This document shows, piece by piece, positions 37,044-46,504 of a stretch of DNA of 64,000 nucleotides. Every line of letters starts with the position of its first letter. Position 1 is the first letter of the stretch. A program made the position numbers and the translations under genes. This DNA is from Lama glama (Eukaryota). The stretch is taken from positions 22,754,001 to 22,818,000 of the forward strand of contig CM052847.1 of the NCBI GenBank assembly GCA_028534125.1. The letters are read 5' to 3'. The notes under the pieces were generated by a model that saw only the letters and a program-made list of their open reading frames with translations, searched no databases and had not been told where the DNA came from.

Positions 37044-38012
37044 GGGTAGGTCGCCCGAAAAAATACAGGCTGTCCAGCTGAATTTGAATTATTGTTTCTT
37101 GTTTAAGTGTTAGTAAACCAGCCGTAACACAAAACTTGCCCTGTTCGCATTGCTAAGAATCTGGCTCTGTGACATAAGCCCGTGTACGTATGTCCACCGC
37201 GCGTCCGTCTCCAGAACCTTCGCATTTTCCCGAACTGAAACTGGCCCCACTGAACAACACCCCCTGCCTCTCCTCCCCCGCCCTGAGGCCACAGCCTGCC
37301 CGCCGTCCCTGTCAGCCTCACCCCTCCAGGGCCTCGCATGGGTGGGCCAGGCAGTGCTGTCCTTTTGTGACTGGCTTGGTTCCCTGTCCTCGGGGTCCAT
37401 CCATGTTGTAGCCAGTGTCAGAATTCCTTTTCAGGACGCGTAAGACCCACTGCATCTGGACACGTTTCTTTGTCCGCTATCCATCCATGGACACACAAGT
37501 TGCTTGTACGTTTGTCTCGTGTGACTAATGCGGCCGTGAGCCTGGGTGCCCAGTGTGTGTCCCTTCGAGTCCCTGCTTCCAGTTCTTTCGGGGGTGACCC
37601 AGAAGGGAGTTTTTGGTTCCACGGTGGCTGAGCCCTCTTACGTTCTCACCCACAGTCACCAGGTCCCGGCTTCTCCGCGTTCTCAGCTTGTTACTTCCCA
37701 GGCTTTTCCTCTAGCAGCCCCCTCCTGAGTGTGAGGTGGGACCTCCCCGTGGTTTGGGGTTGCATTTCCCTAGTGACGCACAACACTGAGCATCCTTTCG
37801 TGGGTGATTTGTCAGTTGCCTATCTTCTTTGTAGAAATGTCTATTCAAGTCTTTTGCCTTAAATTTGAATTTCAGATAAAGAAGGAATCTTTTCGTATAT
37901 GGCGTCCCACACAATACTAGGAATGTACACATACAAAAAAGAGTGCTGTGTATCTGAAACTCAATTTTAACTAGGTGTCTGGAATATTTATTTGACGAAT
38001 CTGGCCAGCCTA
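37044..38012. mobile_element. MER53 (hAT-type palindromic MITE) split by an L1 insertion
   Basis: Left arm ...aaaatacaggctgtccagctgaatttgaatt (to 37090). Right part aaatttgaatttcagataaa...tatctgaaactcaattttaactaggtgtc...aatctggccagccta (37860-38012) matches the recalled MER53 consensus. Confidence 0.75.
37091..37859 (-). mobile_element. L1MA/MB-type 3' fragment inserted in MER53
   Basis: L1 3' text (catccatgttgtagc, ttgcatttccctagtgac, gtagaaatgtctattcaagtcttttgcc) flanked by the TSD T(G/A)AATTTGAATT at 37079-37090 and 37860-37871. Confidence 0.8.
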
Positions 38013-39756
38013 GAAGTCGAGGACTTGAATGGATGGAAAGCAATTTTTAAATATTTCACAATCTGGCTCAGGTGAGCTCTGAACTGGTTTGGTGTGTTTT
38101 TGTGGGTGTTTGGCTGGTAGCCCTGCTTTATGAGAAAATCGTAATTTCATTTTGAGATGCTCCAGACTAAATCATTTGAGCTTCGCCCCCTTTGTGGTGC
38201 ATTACGGGGCTCCCTTAATGAAATTACAACTCAAACAAGTGGTTTCATTCTGTGCAGTAAATTAGCTCGGCCGCGCGGCATCGGGGAGTCGGCCCGTCCT
38301 GGGCTTTCTCCTCTCATTCGGTAGAATGGAGAGGGAGCCGCGCTATGCATTCCAGTTATTTATTGTTCTCCAAGCGAGCGTTGTGTCGTTGCCCGTCCCT
38401 GCTGCAAACAACAGCTGTTAACAGGCTCCTGAATGAATTTCAGCGTGAACCTGCCGGCCTCCAGGAAGCTCAGCTCAGGAGCAAACGGGCTCAGAATGGA
38501 AAGAAAGAGCGAGTCCAGGTCCGGGTCTGGACACCCAGGGCCGACAACGTGATGAACAGCTGGGTGACGTTTCCACGAGAAGTCACGCTCAGACGTGGCC
38601 CGGACGGAGCTCCTGCTGCCACCGAGGCCACAGGGTCAGACAGGTCCGCTCTGAGCCCCACCTCAGGCGTGGGGGACCCAGGGAAGTGGAAAGTGTCCCT
38701 CATGGCAAAATAACCCTGACCCAGTGCCCTGGACGCCTTCGATGCCCCCGCAGTGGAGAGCCTCCCTCTGTAATTATCCAAGAATACAGTCAGGATTCAG
38801 ACGGAATCCAGCGACCCACTGGGGAGCCGAGGCGCCAGAGGCAGGTCTGAGGAGGGGGCTCCGAGGGGCCGAGCTCTCCTGTGGACGAGGCTCCTGGCTC
38901 GTGGCTGGGTCTAGTCGGCGGAAGGTCTAAACGGAGGGGCTTCCCCTTCGCTGCTCTGAGAGGCGTTCCTTCATTTCTCCCGCTCGCGCTTCCAACCTGC
39001 ACTCCCCTGGCCTCCATGTAGAGGGACGTGGCCAAGCCCCTTGGTCCCCAGAGGGACCTCCTCCTGGGTCTGTAGTCCTCCCTGCAGTACTTGAGGTGTC
39101 TGGACCCGAGATGCTGGCCGCCTCCACCTCCCACGTCCCCGGTCCCTCCTGGAGTCTCCAGTCCAGGCTCCTCTCCAGGGGGACACCCAGGACCCTGCCC
39201 CGCTTCCTCCTCCGTGCCTCCTTCTCCCGTCTTCTGCTTCTGCCAAACACACGCTAAGTATCTTTTACACTTTTCCTAAGTCTTTCTTCACCCTGCACTT
39301 CAAGCCCACAAAGCAAGCTCTCCACTGACGGGGAGAGGTGGTCTGGGCTCACCTAGTGGAGGACTTGCTGGTGCTTGTTTGAGCTCCTCTCTGTGCTATG
39401 CAGTGACCTCCGTCAGGCAGGCTCTGCCCGCCAGCATCTTGTAGGCTCAGGCAAGGTGGTTGCCCTGGAGACGGTTACTTCAAGTTTTGAGGGACATGGA
39501 AGGAGGAGAGGAGATGCCAAAAATAAGAAAAGAAGAAAGATGGAAATGGTGATGTTTCAGATTGAATGGAGAGGGTCATTTGATAGAATGCTGTCAGAAA
39601 TTCAGTAAAAGGCTGAACCAGAATGAAGTGGCTGAAACCAAAACGACCTTTCAACCTCCCTTGTCCAAACCCTCAGTAATAACAACATATGAAAGCATTG
39701 AGTTTTTCTGAAACTCGATGTCAAAAGTGCATTTCCTGTTCTTCTTTTCTTTCCAG

Positions 39757-39843
39757 ACAAAGTAAGCACGTTGTCAGCCTTCGTCGCTCCCTTCAAGCAC
39801 TTGAGCCCAGGGGCCACGAACACAGAGGATGAAGACAATCTCA
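39757..39843 (+). CDS. ADARB2: ADARB2 (ADAR3) coding exon 2, 87 nt, phase 1/1: (D)[28 protein letters not shown](S)
   Basis: Polypyrimidine tract atttcctgttcttcttttctttccAG before 39757 and donor TCA|GTAAGC after 39843. The manual translation matches the recalled human ADAR3 segment [30 protein letters not shown]. The terminal A joins the GT of exon 3 to make Ser in frame. Confidence 0.96.
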
Positions 39844-39982
39844 GTAAGCAGTTCCCTTCCCCGAGAGTGCGGGACGCCCAGCCCACATGCAGAGGGGGCC
39901 ACCCCACTGTCCCCAAAGGCTGAGACCCTTGGGTGGTGGAGGGCGCCATCTGGGCTTCCCAGAGCAGGAGGCTCCGCCCCTG

Positions 39983-40121
39983 TCCCCACCTGGAATCCCC
40001 TCCCCACCTGGAAACCTGTCCCCACCTGGAAACCCCCTCCACACCTGGGATCCTTTCCCCACCTGGAATCCCATCCCCACCTGGAAACGCTGACCCCACC
40101 TGGAATCCCGCCCCCACCTGG
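39983..40121. repeat. Minisatellite, 8 units of ~18 bp (CCCCACCTGGAA core), ~140 nt downstream of exon 2
   Basis: CACCTGG at 39987, 40005, 40023, 40042, 40060, 40078, 40097 and 40115. Confidence 0.93.
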
Positions 40122-42994
40122 GTGGTAGGGAGATACTAGCAGTGACTGCATGATTGAGAACTCCAGATACTGCAAAAACAAAACAAAAAAACCAGTTCTC
40201 TCAGACCATCCTTCCTCTCTTTCCTTTATTTTTGCCCTCCAAACCAAAAAGAAAAAAAGAAAAATTAACGCAGTCTCTCTGGACGCAGTTCATACAACTA
40301 CTTAACAAGGAAAGAACTGGATGGGCGCCTGCTGCCCAGAGAACTGTTTGTCACGTGAACTGGGGAGGCACCTAGGCCATGCCGGGTGGGGCCCGGGGCT
40401 GCTGGGGCTGTGTCTGAAGGGTGGTGCCTCGGGCGGAAACTGTCCCTTGCCCAGTCCTTGGAGGAGACCCCGGAATGGAAGGGCCAGCGTGTGTGTGTGA
40501 GGGAGAATCCGGGCGTGTGTGTCAGGTGGTGCCAGCCCCTCTGGTCTGTGGTGTGGAAGCGGGGAGGAAAGCCCCCAGACACAGGGGCACCCCCTGCATT
40601 CAGCGTCACCCCTCAGCCTGCAGGAGGCGAGGGCGTGCTTGCCGCGGGCTGGGAGGGGCCCATGCGCGCTGATGGTCACCAGGGCTGTTGGTTTGACCAG
40701 GAAGCAGCGATGGGCGGGACTCACCCTGGAAGGTTGTCCCTTTTGCCTCAGATTGTAAGGAACACAGATGGCCCCCGAATAGCCCCTCCCACAAAACGTG
40801 ACTGTGGACAAGATGGGAGCTGAGTTAGTTCCCTGGGCTGTTACACAGAACCAGGTCACAGAGCCGTCCAGTGTCAGAACTAGGGCCTCCTCAGTGACCG
40901 GTCCTTGACCCCCCGTTTCTGGACGAGGAGGAAGTGCTCTGAGTCAGCGCCCAGCCCCGCGAGAACACGGTCCAAGGAAAGCTCTGTCCTCTCAGGACCA
41001 AACCTGGAACTTTCTAGACTTAATTTCCTGACGGCGACTTCAGAAACGTGGAGCACACAGCACGCCTCACTCTCCAGTGCTTCGATTTATTGCATCACAG
41101 ATGCTACGTTTTCACAAACATTATGTATTAATTACGGTGCGTTCATTGCTTTCTTAGAAGTAACACTTTTGCACACTTAATAGGCTGCAGTCTAGGGGGA
41201 ATGTAACTTTCCTGCACGAGGAAACCAAAAATCCACATCACTGGCCTCATCGCAGTGGTCAGGGCTCAGCACACCACATCTCCGAGGTGCGCCCAAATGT
41301 TCACACACATGTGTGCATGCACACATGCACGAACAAAGAGATACGTGTGTGAAAACACACACATGCCCACAGCCGACCTGGACGCGTGGACACGGCTGGT
41401 GGAGAAGCACGTGGAATGGGCGCCTGGAGGAGGGAAGTCTTCCCCTGCTGCCTCCTCCTGTCGCGCTCGAGCTGCCGGGGCCCCGGCCGAGTCCAGTCCC
41501 CCATAGGAGCTCCCTCCCCACCAAGGGCACCTGTGACTCTGGTGCTGGACCAACTGGAGGTGTGGGAGCCGGTGTGAGGGCAGGGCCTTGGGATGCGACC
41601 CCACACTCCAGCCCGATACCTTAGGCCGTAAGCCCCATCGCTCGGAGCCGCGGTGCCCCGTGTGTGCGTGGGAGAGCAGCCCGGCTGCGGCTGGGGTGGG
41701 GGGCGCGTGAGGGCGTCTGAGGGAAGGACCCAGAGAAACAGCCAGTGCTGGAGCAGGGCTGGCTGTGCGAGAAATCAGGCTTTTCCCTAATTCAGTGGCT
41801 AAGAGGTGGAACTTTAGAGATAAAGATGATTTTGAATTGTTTACTACGTGTTAAAGTGCCTTTGCAATGCTTAGGAACCTTACTTTCTATCAGTGGATTA
41901 GTCATCCCCTTTGTAATAGCTGCTTTTTGTTAATTGACTCAGAAAACCCTGTTTTCACGCATTGTTCAAAGATAAACCTCCAAATTAATGCCGCCAGGCT
42001 AGGCTGCATCCAGGACAACCCAGGGTGCCTGGGTGCATGACGTAGAGTTAAAGGTTGGCAACCTGCCCCAGGGGGACCCCAGGAGCAGCCAAGCCAGGAG
42101 CGCAGGTGGAGACCAGGCCCCCTTCTGCCCCCGCTGCGGAGGTGACCCCAGGTGCACAGGCCACGGGCCAGAGAACAAAGGAGGAGCTCAGGTCCCGTGA
42201 TGCCCAGACCTGGACCCGAGGGGGCACGCAGTGGGGTGGCAGCCTCTCCAGTCTGGCAGGAGCACGCCATCTCTGGGTTATTCCCTGCGACAGCGGGGTG
42301 TGTGAAACCTGCTAAATAAATGGAGGGGGGAAATGAGAATCATTTCCTGGGTCAGGGGAGGGGCTGAGGAAGAGGGAAGGTGAATTTGTGAAGTTGGAGC
42401 TGAAGTTCCGTAAGAGGGCCACGTGGAGCTGCGTCAGGTCTGGCAGGACCCAGCTGGCAAGTCCAGGCAGCACCAGACCAGAGGCCAGGGTCCCCTGCTT
42501 GCCGCCCCTCCTGGCCCGAGACTGCATCACAGGAGACCCGTGTCCCTCCCACGGGACCGAGCGTCTGCGAGGCAGCGGCTGGTTCTCGCCTCTGCCTGTC
42601 TCGGGGACCACAGGTTGGAGGCTGAGGCTCAGGGCATCCTGGCTGGTCTCTGTAAGAACCAGTGTTTGCCTTGCCAACCGGAGGGAAGCGGGGTGCGTCT
42701 GGGGTGCACGGTGGAGACCACGGCTCCACAACCAGGTAGTGGGTGTTCAGACCTGGTCCCAGAAACTGCGCACAGACAGGCGCACTGGGAGAGGGGCGGG
42801 GCCCCACGTCTCCTTTCTGGGAAAATTCATCGGGAAGCCCAGCTCATAAAATAAGCAGAGAAGCTGGGCCTGTAGAGGACGTGTCGGTGTCCCTCTTCCC
42901 GCTGTTCACAGAAATGCCCAGACTTGGCTGAGCATCAGGGATTTTGCTAAGTGTCACGTGGGTCCTTTAGCTCAGCCTCAGGCGAGTGCCATCA

Positions 42995-43115
42995 AAGCCC
43001 TCATCTTCCATCTTAAGAAGATGGAGTCTGGGCAGGTGGAGGGACTGCCCAAGGCCACACACACCCCGAGGTTGGAGGGGACTTTGACCTCTCACCTGCC
43101 TGACCCCGGAGCCAT
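42995..43115 (-). mobile_element. MIR remnant
   Basis: tcatcttccatcttaagaagatggagtctgggc...gactgcccaaggccacac...ctgcctgaccccggagcc. Confidence 0.5.
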
Positions 43116-43740
43116 GAATGACCACCGCCCCATCCTGCAGCTGCCCTGACTTTGTGCAGGCTCAGGAGTCCAGTTAACCGAAGCATCTGGGCCGTGGCGA
43201 GGGGAGTAGAACCCTTAATCTGCTACTTCGCAAAAACCAGAGGGTCACGTCACCCCCAGAGAGCGTAGGAGGAGAGGGCCAGCGGCTGCCTCCATCGGTT
43301 GTTGTTAATTACTGATGGGCACGGGAGGAGCCTTCCCCCACCGTCTGATGCCCGAGGCTCAGGCCCTGGGAAGCTGTAATGAGGACAGTCAGGTGCTGAG
43401 GAGAAGGGCACAGACGTAATTTCTGTGCAGGTGGGGGGACGCGTGGGTCTGCGGGGCCTGTTCCTCCAAGATAAACCTTTTCCCTCGGAAGGCACAAAGG
43501 CCATCTGATATCTTGGCCACTTTAATCACACGCACAGCCTCACTCGACCCCCACATCGCAAGGAATCAATAAGAAATTAGAGCGCTGCCGGCGACTTTCT
43601 GGGCAATCTGGCGGGCGGCCGTGAGGCTGCACTGCTGTTTTTTCTCCATCTTCACCTTCCATTTGGGAAACTGCGTGGTTGGTGCCCCCTACCAGCCTTG
43701 GCCCGAGGTACCCCAGACAGCAGCACCCATTGCCGCACAC

Positions 43741-43812
43741 CCAGGATGCACAGCGCCCCACAGGAGGGTCTGGTCCAGGATGCACAGCGCCCCTCAGGAG
43801 GGGCTGGTCCAG
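43741..43812. repeat. 34-bp tandem duplication
   Basis: CCAGGATGCACAGCGCCCC(A/T)CAGGAGGG(T/G)CTGGT twice. Confidence 0.85.
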
Positions 43813-45629
43813 AGCTGCTGTTGGGGAAGTGACTCTTCCTGCTGAGATGGGCTGTGAATGACCCCCATCCCCTCTGACTTACGAACACTCAGACTTGCCC
43901 CTGCGGACACAAGGACAGCTGCGAGCCTACCATTTCGCAGAAGCCAACCATGAGAAGTGCTAACAGACCACCTCACCAGCCAGGCAGCTGAGAGTCAGCC
44001 CACAGCCCTTGGGAGCCCGGCCTCCGCCTCCCACTGGGCACACCCTCCTGCGGGCGCTGGGCAGCTCCTCCCTGCGGGGATCTGGCCGGGAGGGCTGGCC
44101 CCACCTGGGCCCTGTGAAATGGTACTTGTGACAATTCTCCAGCAGCCCCACAAGGACAAGGTCACCCACTTGGCACGTCTTCCCACTGCTGACTCTCTGG
44201 ACAGCAGGGAGGGAGACACAGTCAGTCTGCTCCCAAGCTGCGCTGGTTGTAACGCTACCTCAGGTTTCTTCTTGCTGAACAAGAAAACTGTGAGTCCCAG
44301 GTCCCGTGGAGAAACCTGAGGGCACCAAGGTCACCTGTGTGGCCAGGACCCCAGCCCCTCCTCACCTGTCGGTCCACGCCATCAGCAGACTTCCTCAGCT
44401 CCACCCCCAGGCAGCCCGCGTCTGTGAAACGGACAAGAAAATGACCCTGAGCTCCTCTGCTCCCGTAAAGCCTCCTCCACAGCCTTTCCTGGATGGATTA
44501 ACCAGCCCGTGACCCTCAGTTTCGTCCCCTAGAAGGCGGTGCCCTGACCCACTGCGAGTGGCTCTTAGGAATGAGGGAGGTGCCAAAGTGAACGTGTGGG
44601 AGGGGCTTGGTGAGAGCTAGCCCACTGCTCATCACCGCCATCCTCGGAGTTTCTCACCTTCCGGGAGCACATCCGGCCGGGCAGCGTGGACACTGTTCTG
44701 GGCCCCGTGGGGTGCACGGCTCAGCCACTCTAAGCAGAACAGCTTTGCTGGAGAAAAGTGGTCCAAGAGGGCCAGGCCAGACAGTTAAATGATCTCTACC
44801 TGCATTCCTCATGTGCAGTGAGCAAATGAGGATTTTGCTGAATTTACTTACATCAGTTTGTGAAAAGACATGAAACCACACAGACACAAACGAAGCCGCC
44901 CTCTGAGCCATGTCCCGTGCTCCCCCTCTCCCGGAGAGGGGTCTATGTCTGAGCTTTACCCCCGTGAGTGGGGGCACAGAGAGCACATTGGGTCAGCTCT
45001 GTGTCTTTATTACTTACATTGAAAAGAGCTTCTGTGCGCCATTTTGCAAGTTGCTTTCATTGTCCCACCTTGTAATTCTGAGATCCCCCATGTAGTGTAA
45101 GCGCCATCCAGCAACCCAGGGCCTGACGGCACCCAACCCACCACTTTCCACTCCAGGGGAGGCCCTCAGCATTGCCCAGAGCTGCTGGAAAGAGAGGGCT
45201 GTGTGTCTGCTTGGTTCGGGGCAGCAGTGGGGGGCCAGGGGCCTGTGCTTGACCCGCAGCCCTGATACCACACACGTGGCGCTCCGAGCAGCAAGTGGGA
45301 GAGGCCCTGAGGGAACGCGCCCCCGGCCCAGGCCCACCTCACGTAGTTCACTGCAGGCCCTGCTGAGGGCTGTGCCCGCCGGAGCGAGGACCCCACCCCC
45401 GGGGGGCTGCCGGTTCTGCTGGCCCACGGACTCGGGGCACTGCTCGGGTGGTCTCCCCATGACCCTTCCTGCAGGTGCCAGCCCAGAGCCTGTCCCACAG
45501 CTGGGCTGCCAAGCTGGTGGCTATCTCGGGCTTGGAGGCTGGACTGTATGGTCGGGTCACCAGGACCCGCGCCGGGGGTCTCGCAAGCTGCCAGAGCCCT
45601 GGGTCATGGCTGTCTGTTCTCGCCTCCAG

Positions 45630-46504
45630 GTACCAGCAGCGCGGACGTGAAGGAAAACCGGAATGTGAGCAACCTGGAGGCGCGGCCGCTGCCCGTGGGC
45701 GACCGGACCCGAGGAGGCCCGCCCGGCCTGAAGAGGAAGCGGCCGCTGGAGGAGGGCGGTGGCGGTCCCCTGCGCCAGCTGCACCTCCTCTGGAGGGGGC
45801 TCTCGTGGTCCGTGGCGCCCAAGAACGCACTGGTCCAGCTGCACGAGCTGCGGCCCGGCCTGCAGTACCGCACAGTGTCCCAGACCGGCCCGGTGCACGC
45901 GCCTGTCTTCGCTGTGGCCGTGGAGGTGAACGGGCTCACCTTCGAGGGCACCGGGCCCACCAAGAAGAAGGCCAAGATGCGGGCAGCTGAGCTGGCCCTC
46001 AGGTCCTTCGTGCAGTTCCCCAACGCCTGCCAGGCCCACCTGGCCCTGGGCAGTGGCGCCAGCCCGTCCCCGGACTTCACCTCTGACCAGGCCGACTTCC
46101 CGGACACACTGTTCAAGCAGTTCGAGCCGGCGGCGCCCAGCGAGGCCTTCCCCGGCCGCCGCCCTGCCGCCCCTGAGCGCCTGTCTGCAGCCTGCCGGCG
46201 GGGGCGGCTCCTGTGCCGGCCGCTGGACCTGGTGGGCACCGCAGCCCCGGGCGAGAGGAACCCGGTGGTGCTGCTGAACGAGCTGCGCTCGGGCCTGCGG
46301 TATGTGTGCCTCTCGGAGCCTGAGAAGCAGCGCGCCCAGAGCTTCGTCATGGCCGTGAACGTGGACGGGAGGACATTCGAAGGCTCGGGACGCAGCAAGA
46401 AGCTGGCCAAGGGCCAGGCGGCCCAGGCTGCCCTCCAGGCCCTCTTCGACATCCGGCTGCCCGGCCACGTCCCCAGCAGGAACAAAGGCCACCTCCTGCC
46501 CCAG
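45630..46504 (+). CDS. ADARB2: ADARB2 (ADAR3) coding exon 3, 875 nt: basic NLS (KRKRPLEE), dsRBD1 and dsRBD2
   Basis: Lies within ORF 45548..46693. Acceptor tgttctcgcctccAG|GT and donor CAG|GTGAGA. The translation [12 protein letters not shown]...[61 protein letters not shown]...[15 protein letters not shown]...[20 protein letters not shown] is ADAR3 rather than ADAR2. Both KKxAK dsRNA-contact motifs are intact. Confidence 0.98.

Larger units (their letters stand above)
39844..45629 (+). other. ADARB2: ADARB2 intron 2 (5786 nt, GT-AG)
   Basis: Bounded by GTAAGC and CTCCAG, with compatible phase (1) at both ends. Confidence 0.93.

Noticed and set aside
1-39756. ADARB2 exon 1 (R-domain) or ADARB2-AS1
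   Set aside because: No KRRRRRRSKRK-encoding segment was seen, and a lncRNA cannot be supported from sequence alone.
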